Positions 50,960 through 62,849 of a DNA stretch of 64,000 bases are shown piece by piece. The stretch's first letter is position 1. Every line of letters starts with the position of its first letter. This DNA is from Dicyema japonicum (taxonomy: Eukaryota > Animalia > Dicyemida). Position numbers and translations under genes: made by a program. The stretch lies in assembly GCA_011109175.1 (NCBI GenBank), contig RDEW01000024.1:737684-801683 (forward strand), in the 5' to 3' direction. Below the pieces are notes generated by a model, which made no database searches, was not told where the DNA came from, and saw nothing but the letters and a program-made list of their open reading frames with translations.

Positions 50960-51300
50960 AGAGTGCTGTTTTTAAGTGCCTAGGCGAACAATCTTCACGA
51001 GTGCGCTCAAGGGCCTGCTCTGCACCCGTCAAGGCGGATTAGGCCAAACTCGAAAAATACGACGACCCTCCTGATAATATCTAATTTGTTCCCCTTAATA
51101 TGGAGACTTCTAAATCCTACTCCCCCTCTACACTAGAGTATTTCTGACGTCTTGAGATCGCATCACATCATACTCTGGAGATCTCCGAGAACGCCGCTGG
51201 CTGTTTGAGCGAATTTCGCTCGCAATTCTGAGAGAGAACAGCCACGCAGTGAGGGCGGCAGCTAACTAATGTTTTGTCCTTATCATTTTTTTATTAAAAA
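50960..51300 (+). mobile_element. CRE-like element 3' end (duplicate of 33030)
   Basis: GDLRERRWLFERISLAILRENSHAVRAAAN-stop. Confidence 0.8.
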
Positions 51301-54050
51301 AGTGTACATAATTAAAAATATAAACTGAATTTTATAATTGGCTGGCTCATTTAAAATTTTTTCCAGAAACCTTAGCCCTGTTTGGTTCTTCACTTAGTCT
51401 TAATTTAGTTTATTAAATAGCTTTAAAATTAATTTAATATTAATTTATTTTTAAAAATTGGTTTACATTGTGGTATAGCCTTTAATAATTTTTTATTTAT
51501 TAGCGTGTCGCTAAATTTAACTTAGTTTTTGAAAGCATGGCTATTCTCTTTTTAACATGGACTCCATAACTTTGTTTTTAAGTACATTACGTCCCTCGTC
51601 TTCAAAAAAAGTGGACTACATAACTTTGTTTAAGAACATTACTTCCCTCATCTTCAAAAACACCCAAATATCGATTTTACTGAGTCCTTCCAGAGTTCAC
51701 AACATAAGAACGATTTAGCATTAGAGACTGACTTTTCAGAGTTCATTTTTAAGCAGGCCACATTAAAGAAATCGCGAACAACTTTCATCATTTCAATAAA
51801 AGTGAAATTTATCTGAATTTAATATTCCTAGTTGTTTGTTATAAAGTCCGAGATTTGTCCAGGCAACTATCAGTAGAAGCTTCTTCAAAAGCGATCTTTT
51901 TGACAATATATACAATTTTGTTTTTTAATAAATCAAAGTTATTTCTTTTTTAAAATTAAATTGGTTTATCATGCACGTGGTAGACGATATTGCATAAAAT
52001 GCAGGAAGCGCTTTACAAGAACTTTGCACAATTGACTAGAGTTCCGTTATAATGCGATCTATAATGACCGGATCAGTGAAGATAGCTGTAATGTTTGCGG
52101 TCCGCTAATCTAAAATAAGCGGTGAGCAAACAGTTAGTCAAAAACGACAGAGAGGCTATAATACCGACTTCATTCCTTTCGAAGAGTCAGATGGAATAGT
52201 GTTTGTCTACAAATCGGTCCCAAATCCAAATAATCCACATATAGGGAGGCTATAATACCGACTTCATTCCTTTCGAAGAGTCAGGTGGAATAGTGTTCGT
52301 CCACAAATCGGTCCCAAATCTAAATAATCCACATCTAACATAGGGAAAACGGAAAACTTCCTATCTTTGTCATAACGACTGAAAGTGTACCTTGATCACT
52401 TTCATAACATTTTCCAACTGATTCTGAGTCAGGCCCCCACCAGTTGGGTTGTCACTACAAACCTGGAATAAATTTGTGTTCTTTTCGAACGCTTTCTGAG
52501 GATAAGTCAAAGTCATACTTGTATGTCTCAGAATAAACTCTCAAATTCAATTTTTTGTAATTTCACGTAATAACAATTGTTTCTTTGGCTAAGTGCTTCG
52601 CTTCTCCAATTGCTTGAAAGCCAATGACCGCGAATTATAATAATCGAGTACTCATTTTTTTTATGGCTGTTTTTCTCCAACAATAGTTCACAGGAGAGAT
52701 ACCTAAATCTATCCAAACTCTTAATCCGAAAATATCCGAATGTCATTTCTTGAATATAGACCTATTTTCACTAAATTTTTTTTTAATTTATTAATACATT
52801 GAATTAGGGAATAATCATCATCGATTTGATCCCCCGATTAAACTCTAAATGCAAATTTCTGAATTTCCAAGTTTAATAATTGTATCTTTGGATTTCCATT
52901 ATATGGACCAAAACAAGTACACATTAATTCGCCAAAGTTTATGATTTTCCAACTTCCAGGTTGAGCGTATGATTAAGATGGTTTACATCCTGAAGTTTCC
53001 ATTATATGGACCAAAACAAGTACACATTAATTCGCCAAAGTTTATGATTTTCTAACTTCCAGGTTGAGTTTATGATTAAGATGGCTTACATCCAGAAGAC
53101 CTCGTTGAGCATTTTTCTAGCTAATCTGATTGCTTTATCAGATTTCCTTATTAAAGAAAACTTTCATCAGAAAATAAACCTTACTGGTGGCTCTTGTCGG
53201 ACTGAAATCAACTAATTTGTTCAGATCTTTTATTTCATTTTTTTTGACACAGTGATTTGTGATAATGATGTTTTTTTTTTATTTTGCTAAGATGGATAGA
53301 TAGTTGATCTTGCTCTATAGCATTGATTTTTATATTTTTTGTTTGTTAAACTAGCTCATTTGATAGAGTGTTCAAAAGATTCACTTTTTCTATTCCTGTA
53401 GAGTAATTATCACAGTAATAAATTTGGATGTGATACTTGAAGGGATGGTTCTCACTCCTACCATGGGAAATAGATATACCTTAATTACACTGACTTCACC
53501 TTTTATAAAACTCCTTGACTCTTTATTAATAAATTGTTATTATTGTTGTTTTAATTAACTTATAATCTCTTCCCGGTACATTCATATTTATTATGTAGAG
53601 AGCGCTGAGAGNNNNNNNNNNNNNNNNNNNNNNNNNNNNNNNNNNNNNNNNNNNNNNNNNNNNNNNNNNNNNNNNNNNNNNNNNNNNNNNNNNNNNNNNN
53701 NNNNNNNNNNNNNNNNNNNNNNNNNNNNNNNNNNNNNNNNNNNNNNNNNNNNNNNNNNNNNNNNNNNNNNNNNNNNNNNNNNNNNNNNNNNNNNNNNNNN
53801 NNNNNNNNNNNNNNNNNNNNNNNNNNNNNNNNNNNNNNNNNNNNNNNNNNNNNNNNNNNNNNNNNNNNNNNNNNNNNNNNNNNNNNNNNNNNNNNNNNNN
53901 NNNNNNNNNNNNNNNNNNNNNNNNNNNNNNNNNNNNNNNNNNNNNNNNNNNNNNNNNNNNNNNNNNNNNNNNNNNNNNNNNNNNNNNNNNNNNNNNNNNN
54001 NNNNNNNNNNNNNNNNNNNNNNNNNNNNNNNNNNNNNNNNNNNNNNNNNN

Positions 54051-54640
54051 CCCTCGAGGCTTTGGTCAATAGACACCCAAGTGCTCTAAGGAAAGAGACC
54101 GTCTTGGGGCCAAAGACTCCGGTCGTCTCGACGACCACTGGCTGTACATGGAAGCGCTTTAAAAGGCTGCTGTATTTCTTTATTTTTGAGTTTTCATATA
54201 AACGGGCAACATCTCCCACTTCCATTGCCGACCTCAAAAGTATCGACTGGGAAAAGCTGTCAGTAAAGGCAGTATCCCAAATTAAGCATTTGCCCCGAGA
54301 GAAGGGGAAGACAGTAATTCCATCGGGTCGCTTCCCATCATCCCTACTCAAGCTTGTTGGCTCTAGAATGGATGGGTATCCCGCTAGCTCGAGGGCGCGC
54401 TTCACCACCTCATTTATAGCCTTGTGTCTAGCGAATCGACCTGCACTTTTTCGACAAGAAAGGGCATGATGTCCATAGCAGTCTACCATCCGGCCGCATC
54501 GGCACTCATGGGGTTGACAAACTTTCAATCCAAGTCTGATTGAGACTCCGGTACGGCCCGTTTTATCGTCTAGGTGAGTTCCCACGTTTCCAATGAGTAG
54601 AATATTGATCCAAGCCCCGTTCCACTCGCATCTTGCAGTT
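54051..54640 (-). mobile_element. CRE-like RLE domain, open for ~180 codons up to an N-gap
   Basis: CRCG..GHHALSC..GRFARHKAINEVVKRALELAGYPSILEP..DGKRPDGITVFPFSRGKCLIWD..KIKKY..PVVVETTG. Confidence 0.9.
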
Positions 54641-54829
54641 AAAACACAGGCTCATTGGTGTTGGTTAGATATTTTCAAAAGCGTCTCGTATTTATCCTCG
54701 CAGACAGACTCATAAAGGTCTCTCTACCCGGGTTGTTTGACTTTAGGGTGTACCAAATCTGGGTAATTAATTATCCATTAATAACAAAATTGATCTTTTT
54801 GATTAAAATTGATTTAATTTACGCATTGA

Positions 54830-55010
54830 CCGATTCATCGGGAGCCGTTGGTCTAATGACGGCTAAGATCTTGCGAGAACTCGGAAAATTGCTTGCCAGA
54901 AAGAAAAGGGATCAACGAGAAGGGTTATGGCTAAGACAAAAGATTGGAAATAGCCATACTCCGAGGGAACTCGTTCGCAATCCACGCAGCAGGCTTCCTC
55001 AACTGACATA
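54830..55010 (+). mobile_element. CRE-like element, extreme C-terminus
   Basis: LRELGKLLARKKRDQREGLWLRQKIG-AILRGNSFAIHAAG. Confidence 0.75.
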
Positions 55011-56379
55011 TGTTTAATTGTTAAAAAAAATTTTTTAAAAAAAAAATTTACGCATTCGAAATCCGTGTATTTTTTTTAATTTCTCCAAAAACCTTAAGAA
55101 TTTTTAAAATTAGTTAACGAAAGTTATGTAGCGAAAAATTCTGCCTTATGTAATATTAGAAAAACGTTCAATAAAGACCCTCAAATGTTAGAGTAAATAG
55201 TGTACCTTTTTATTCAATTGAATCCATCTAATCAACTAGATTTTCATCGAGTTCCGGGTTTTTATTTTTTTGCAAGTTTTTAGTTTAGGATCTCTGTTTT
55301 TGAACTGAAATAAATGCGACCCTGCATTCATTAATATTGCATTGACTATCATTCTTGAAATTCTCTTTTCAAAAATAGAAGAAATTTGTTGCATATCATT
55401 AAAATATTAAAAATAATATTTAAAAAATAAAAATAATTTTTAAAAATGTTGGAAAATATCATTGAAAATAAAAAAAAATCTATAAAAATGGCAAATTTTA
55501 GAATTGGCAAATTTAAAAGTGGCATATTTGAGAGAGTTTACTGTATTTACTTTTTTATTAAAAAATACAATATATTGATTTTGCTTTTAAAAAGTAGCTG
55601 TCATATTTTAAATAAGTACCATCTCCTATTTTCTGCAAACTCTTTAGGTGTCAGCATTAGCGGGTGAGGTCTTCCTCTTTGGACTATTTCGTTTTTTAAT
55701 CAATGTTTTTGTTCTTAGTGTCTGAAAATGGAGAAATTCTGTCCATTTGAATAGTGTTCTTGCTTCATATGATTGTTTGAACATTTGCCTAATTGATCAA
55801 TAGAACATCATGCAACCACGTATTGACTGATGCCTCATCAATTGCCGAGGTCATAGTTGATTATGGTTAGCAGATGTCCTCGTATACATGATCGTGTATT
55901 CAAGTTCAAAAAGAACAGGCTGTGATTGCCCAGAATGTCGTATTTGACAGAATTTCAAAGTAGAGGATCCAATTACTGCTACCAAATGCTTATTGTTGAT
56001 GCTACAATTTATCACCTTTATATTGAAGAGAGGTCAGGGGATCATGGTTTACCATCATTTTGAGTAGATGGTTTTGTGTGAAGGGTCGAGTTTTCAAGGT
56101 TGCAAAAAATCTTACAGATCCTCAATTTCCAAATCTTATCATGAGCTTTCCATATGGATCAAAGAAATGACTAAAGTATCCACAAATGATTAGGTTCTTG
56201 TGTTTTGTAAGTCAANCTTTATATTGAAGAGAGGTCAGGGGATCACGGTTTACCATCATTTTAAGTAGATGGTTTTGTGCGATGAGTCGAGTTTTCGAGG
56301 ATGCAAAAAATCTTACAGATCCTCAATTTCCATATCTTATCATGAATTTTCCATATGGATCGAAGAAATGACTAAAGTA

Positions 56380-57070
56380 TCTACAAATGATTAGGTTTTT
56401 TTGTTTGGTAAGTCAAGTGAAAATGAGAAAAACGAATGGACGAAGTTTGTAGGGTTGTAGTCATCAGTTCGATGAAATCATTATCTTGTAGAGGACTATA
56501 GACACAGTGGATGATCTCGTAAAGAACTGAGTGACATATTATAGATAGTAAAACTCTCCCAAGTTTTCCGTCTTTCACGTCAAGATTACCAAATAGTCAA
56601 GGATCTTTGGTGTTAGGATTCCACTACGAAATATGGACTTATGTAATAGACATCAATATGATGTCTTTTTGTGAGGTTCCCAGTTGAATAATATTGTGCT
56701 ATTGTGTAGTTGGATGTGATAATTGATTGACAGTGCTAGTATGCGACGGGAGTGAGGGTTTTTTTGTGGCACAGGACACATGGAATCTTCACAACAAACT
56801 GTAAAGTGGATCATCTGATGAAGGGTAAAAAGGATCTTGCTGGCTTTGAGGATTGGGGCGATGATCGATTTTTTAGATCATTGCCATCCATCCAATTGTG
56901 GAGAATTAGTTCTTCATCTGGTGTATGACTGGCTATCCCCCAATATGTAATCTTTGCTGTAACAAAATCTCAGTTCACTTTTTTTTCGAAGGTGAACCTG
57001 GTTTATTCCTTAATATTTATAATTCGCATTTTCCATTGGAAAGGTTCCCATAAATGCAAGGACTGGATGG
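56380..57070 (-). mobile_element. Patchwork of LINE APE and RT fragments
   Basis: IHCVYSP..DNDF, KKSIIAPILKA, YKY*GI. Confidence 0.5.
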
Positions 57071-57199
57071 ACATGACATTGGAAGATAAATTAATCATTA
57101 GTAATCCGTAATAAATGCCAAGGAAAATAGTTAATTTTTATCTCTATACAACCTCGCCGACCAATACAACCCCCAAAATGACAAAAACTCAATAAATGC

Positions 57200-57570
57200 T
57201 TGATTTGGGATGGGGCCTGTATCAACATCTACTTTCAGTCGAGACTTACTGGTTCCGCGTTGAAAGCTGGGGAGGCTGTTCGGACTATCAAGCACTTCAA
57301 GATTAAATAATACGACAGCCTCTGTACAGTTTTCAGGAAGAGCGGAGTCTTTGGGAACAAGACGTTATCGCTCTCTAAATTAAAATTCGCACTCTAAATA
57401 AGCAATAGAAAAAAGACTTGAAAATGGAATACAAACTAGGAGTTTACAATAAACGCAGTCTGAGTCATTTGTGCGTCGACTATTGACACGTGGAAGATTA
57501 AATGGAAGACATTAGGTGAAGGAAAAAAAGAACGTTTCAGTCACTCGTATCCAGACAAAAGATGCACGTT
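57200..57570 (+). mobile_element. RTE-like LINE C-terminal relic
   Basis: FRKSGVFGNKTLS..; degraded post-RT pattern. Confidence 0.4.
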
Positions 57571-58009
57571 AACTAACTGTGTAACAGTCTTAAGGGATCC
57601 CGCGGCAATAAATAGTAGCAAGGTTTCATCAAGTCCTGTGGACGAACACAGTCCTCTTGCTCAAAATGATCTCTTTCGTTTCCTTAAGACTATCTGAAAT
57701 TGCTCATTAAAATAATTCTTTTCTGTAGGAAACGAATAATATCATTGTCATTTTCTGGCCTATATAAGCGCATATTACTGCGTTCATAAATTCTACATTT
57801 TGGTAAGGCAGAATATTAACCAGTAAGAAATTTTCAACGGAAATTTATTTACGGCCCTCACTGGATTCATATGTATTTTAATAAAGCAAAGTCAAAGACA
57901 CTGCTTTAGCATAACGTTGGCCTTTATTTCAACTGTTGATCCAATAAATCCTCACAAGGTATTAAATCTAGTCATTTTGAATAGAGATGTTATTTTTTTA
58001 AATGTGAAA

Positions 58010-58830
58010 AGGTGAGCTGTATTGATGGCGCCAATTTTGGCAGTGGCCAGTGTACAAATCTGTGGAAATTTAAGTTTGGTGCTTATATGCACATATATTC
58101 CATTTATGATTGATGGTCTTTACCACAACACACACAAAAATGCTGATTATGTCGTTATTTCAGCAAGTTCTGTTTGTCTTCTTGCCTATCTTTATATGTT
58201 TGGGGGCCTGCCACGGAATGATCCCTTCAGTTGTAGGAAATAGTTCTCCATTGCAATGTTTGGTGGAGTCAACTTTTCCATTCGTAAGATGTGACCAAAA
58301 AGTCTCCACCTAGCCTTAAGAATCTCCTCTGATAATGCCTTAAGCCACATCTTTTGTACAGTTCTGAATTTGATATCTTTTAAGGGAAATGTATTCTCAA
58401 GATGTTTCTTAGTTGATTTCTATAAAATTGATCCAGATTGTCCATTTCCCGTTTCGTAATCCCCCATGTCCCACAGTTGTATGTCAGGACTAGAACCACG
58501 AATGTTTTATACAATTTTAGCTTTGTATTCGTAGTTATGCTCTTCTTAGAACGCCAGATAGTTAAGAATTTTTTATATTAGCAGTGGAAAGGATTTTTCT
58601 GTGGGGAACATCTACTGAGTCTCCAAGTAGTGAACCAACTTTTTTATGCCTTCTCCATGATTCATCGTAAGTGCGTACAACTCGTACAAGTTTTGTATAT
58701 TCAGTTTTGTCATGGTTGACAACTAAAAACCATTTAGAAAAGTCACTTGGTAAATTCTGATGAAGAAATTTAATATTTTCAGAAACAAGGTCAAGATCGT
58801 CTGCATATATTAACTCGATTATTTTGTTAT
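58010..58830 (-). mobile_element. RTE-clade LINE, RT to C-terminus
   Basis: LIYADDLDLV, VNHDKTE, TKLKLYKTFV..LTYNCGTW, RWRLFGHILRM, FRGRP. Confidence 0.85.
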
Positions 58831-58884
58831 TCTCAATCGAAGGCCTGCTTCTTATTTATTTATTATTATTAAATAATTATTTAT

Positions 58885-61800
58885 TAAATAAATAAACGAG
58901 CTTTTCATGTCACGTGCGACTTTTTTGAATTTGTTTAACAACGCACCATCTCACGTGATAAAAATTTTGGCTTATTTCATAAATAAACAAAATTGTTTAA
59001 AGATCAAAGATAAAACTAAACTAATTAATTCCTTGTTCCAGACGCGTTCTAGCAAGACCTTCCCTCAAGAACAATGATCCAGAGGGCGTCGTCCGTGGAG
59101 TTGAGGTCAATTTCAGAACTTGTCGCCAGGGAAAGAAATTGTCCCCCATTATGAATAGTTGGATCCTTTTGAATGATGGCCAGGTATTGGGCGTCTCNTT
59201 ATTTATTTATTATAATTAAATAATTATTTATTAAATAAATAAACGAGCTTTTCATGTCACGTGCGACCTTTTTGAATTTGTTTATCAACGCACCATCCCA
59301 CGTGATAAAAATTTTGGCTTATCTCATAAATAAACAAAATTGTTTCAAGATCAAAGATAAAACTAAACTAATTAATTCCTTGTTCCAGACGCGTTCTAGC
59401 AAGACCTTCCCTCAAGAAAAATGATCCAGAGGGCGTCGTCCGTGGATTTGAGGTCGATTTCAGAACTCGTCGCCAGGGAACGAAATTGTCCCCCATTATG
59501 AATAGTTGGATCCTTTTGAATGCCGGCCAGGTATTGGGCGTCTCTTTATAAGGTGATATTGTCTAAATGAACATGCGTCACTTAGTGTTACTGTCTACAG
59601 ACAGATATTATTACTTGATGTAGTCGATTAGCTTGGCTGAGGATAGACTACAAGGTACACTAACTCGACTCTTGTGATTCAGTGGTAGAGACTTTGTCCC
59701 CACACTCAGCATCCATTACTTGGATTAGTTTGTTGCCGTCTTTTCTTTATGGTCAATTTAACTTCCTATAGATCATAGATTAGTTATGAGGTACTCTTAA
59801 GTTTTTATTTTCCTTGCAATGATTCTTCAGTAAGGCCTGGTATAGCTTAATCAACTCCAAGAATTACTTGGAGGTTGTATATCTTTCTCGTCTTTTCTTT
59901 ATGGTCAATTTAACTTCCTTCAGATCATAGATTAGTTATGAGGTACTCTTAAGTTTTTATTTTCCTTGTAATGATCCTTCAGTAAGGTCTGGTATAGCTT
60001 AATCAACTCCAAGAATTACTTGGAGGTTGTATATCTTTCTCTTTGGCTTAATCTTGTTGGCTGGTTTCATTAACAGATTAGAAAAAAGTCTGTAGAATTT
60101 TGAACTTGTCGTATTTTACGGTGTCCTTCCGGAAAGACTGATACAGAATCCGACGAAAGTAACGAACTCTCGAGTACAAGAGGACATGATTGATCTTTCT
60201 GATTAATGCAACCATAAAGATCAATGATCACGAGAGAATCGACCTTGAGGATTGCGTCTCATAATATTGAAGTGCATTGACGTGTACCGTCAGAAGAACC
60301 GACCATTGAAGAGAGAATTATCACGAGGACCGAGTTGAATCTCAGGGATAAGATTGTTCAGAAGCAAGATGAAGAGGAAAAACGGAAACATATTCACGAG
60401 GAGAGACATGAAATATTGACTTGTTAAGGAATAATGAGATATTTATAAAGGGGGAATTGCGAGTTTACATAGAAGCTGAGGATTCCATCAANNNNNNNNN
60501 NNNNNNNNNNAGAACCGACCATTGAGGAGAGAATTATCAGGAGGACCGAGTTGAATCTCAGGGATCAGATTGTTCAGAAGCAAGATGAAGAGGAAAAACG
60601 GAAACATATTNNNNNNNNNNNNNNNNNNNNNNNNNNNNNNNNNNNNNNNNNNNNNNNNNNNNNNNNNNNNNNNNNNNNNNNNNNNNNNNNNNNNNNNNNN
60701 NNNNNNNNNNNNNNNNNNNNNNNNNNNNNNNNNNNNNNNNNNNNNNNNNNNNNNNNNNNNNNNNNNNNNNNNNNNNNNNNNNNNNNNNNNNNNNNNNNNN
60801 NNNNNNNNNNNNNNNNNNNNNNNNNNNNNNNNNNNNNNNNNNNNNNNNNNNNNNNNNNNNNNNNNNNNNNNNNNNNNNNNNNNNNNNNNNNNNNNNNNNN
60901 NNNNNNNNNNNNNNNNNNNNNNNNNNNNNNNNNNNNNNNNNNNNNNNNNNNNNNNNNNNNNNNNNNNNNNNNNNNNNNNNNNNNNNNNNNNNNNNNNNNN
61001 NNNNNNNNNNNNNNNNNNNNNNNNNNNNNNNNNNNNNNNNNNNNNNNNNNNNNNNCCGGGTGGCTTAGTGGTTAGGTGTCGGGCTTAAGTGGCTTAGGCT
61101 ACGGGCTCGAATCTCGCTGCTGTTCACCTGGTGGAAGGTTCCACGCATCTACGATGCAGAAATGGTTTGACGAGTGACGCCGTCATCAGTGAATACTCAC
61201 TGCGGAACTGGATTGTCTAGAAAAAACATTCACACAAGAAAAAGAAAACAAGAAGTGAAGATCATTCCTTGGTTCTACGATTAGTTAAAATTAACTGTTC
61301 TTTACTTAAATAAAGTGTGTGTCCTGCCTATGCGGAGCTATAAAATACTATGGCTCTCGTGAAAAGGCTTTATTATTATTATTATTATTATGTCACGTGT
61401 GACCTTTTTGAATTTGTTTAACAACGCACCATCCCACGTGATAAGAATTTTGGCATATTTCATAAATAAACAAAATTGTTTCAAGATCAAAGATAAAACT
61501 AACTAATTAATTCCTTGTTCCAGACGCGTTCCAGCAAGACCTTCCCTCAAGAAAATGATCCAGAGGGCGTCGTCCGAGGAGTTGAGGTCGATTTCAGAAC
61601 TTGTCGCCAGGGAAAGAAATTGTCCCCCATTATGAATAGTTGGATCCTTTTGAATGCCGGCCAGGTATTGGGCGTCTCTTTATAAGGTGATATTGTCTAA
61701 ATCAACATGCGTCACTTAGTGATACTGTCTACAGACAGATATTATTACTTGATGTAGTCGATTAGCTTGGCTGAGGATAGACTACAAGGTACACTAACTC

Positions 61801-62270
61801 GACTTTTGTGATTTAGTGGTAGAGACTTTGTCACCACACTCAGCATCCATTACTTGGATTAGTTTGTTGCCGTCTTTTCTTCATGGTCAATTTAACTTCC
61901 TTCAGATCATAGATTAGTTATGAGGTACTCTTAAGTATTAATGCCTATTTTCCCTGTAATGATACTTCAGTAAGGCCTGGTATAGCTTTATCAACTCCAA
62001 AAATTACTTGGGGGTTGTATATCTTTCTCTTTGGCTTAATCTTGTTGGTTGGTTTCATTAACAGATTAGAAATAAGTCTGTATAATTTTGAATCTGTCAA
62101 TCTTACAACGGTGTCTTTTCGGATAGACTGATACAGAATCCACGATAGTAACGAACTCTCAGGTACAAGAGGACATGATTAATGAGTTAAACTTTCTGAT
62201 TAATGCAACCATGAAGATCAATGATCACGAGAGAATCGACCTTGAGGCTTGCGTCGCATAATATTGAAGT
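58885..62270. repeat. Local direct duplications: ~310-bp unit x3 (58885, 59228, 61391) and a ~1-kb extension x2; includes an antisense LINE APE relic
   Basis: TGTCACGTG.GAC.TTTTTGAATTTG...GGCCAGGTATTGGGCGTCTC repeated three times; minus strand FIMGDNFFP. Confidence 0.85.
61058..61390 (+). mobile_element. Full-length tRNA-derived SINE (~330 bp) with (TTA)n tail
   Basis: A box TGGCTTAGTGG (61061-61071), B box GGCTCGAATCT (61104-61114), structured core 61137-61218, 3' stem-loop GAGCTATA..TATGGCTC and a TTA-repeat tail. Confidence 0.88.
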
Positions 62271-62849
62271 GCATTGACGTCATCCGTCAGAAGAACCGAC
62301 CATTGGGGAGAGAATTATCACGAGGACCGAGTTGAATCTCAGGGATCAGATAGTTCAGAAGCAAGATGAAGAGGAAAAACGGAAACATATTCACGAGGAG
62401 AGACATGAAATANGACCGAGTTGATTCTCAGGGATCAGATTGTTCAGAAGCAAGATGAAGAGGAAAAACGGAAACATATTCACGAGGAGAGACATGAAAT
62501 ATTGACTTGTTAAGGAATAATGAGATATTCATAAAGGGGGAATTGCGAGTTTACATAGAAGCTGAGGATTCCATCAAAGAGTGATATATATGATTAAGAT
62601 GATTGAAAACGTCGCCAAATATGCCAACAAAATAACAAAATTTTGAGATTTGATCAATCAAGTAGATCAGAGTTTTACAAATAAAAATTGTTCGATTTCA
62701 AGTTAGAGAATAAAACATCTTGTCAAAACACGAACTCTTGTCAGCTATGCTTTGAACCAGAGTTTTCCAAATTAAAATTGTTCGATTTCAAGTTAGAGAA
62801 TAAAACATCTTGTCAAAACACGAACTCTTGTCAGCTATGCTTTGAACAG

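Noticed and set aside
58022-58313. Hydrophobic plus-strand ORFs resembling a membrane transporter, with an upstream TATA-like motif
   Set aside because: They are antisense to a clear RTE C-terminus (RWRLFGHILRM, FRGRP); the apparent intron signals fall inside that element.
61150-61215. Hammerhead ribozyme on the SINE antisense strand (CTGATGA motif, also near 2383 and 5846)
   Set aside because: CUGAUGA is followed by UCAAAC rather than GAAAC, and no credible stems I and III or NUH site form.
60240-62480. CRISPR-like or repeat-spacer array
   Set aside because: Units are over 100 bp, irregularly spaced and lack unique spacers; the context is eukaryotic with no cas genes.
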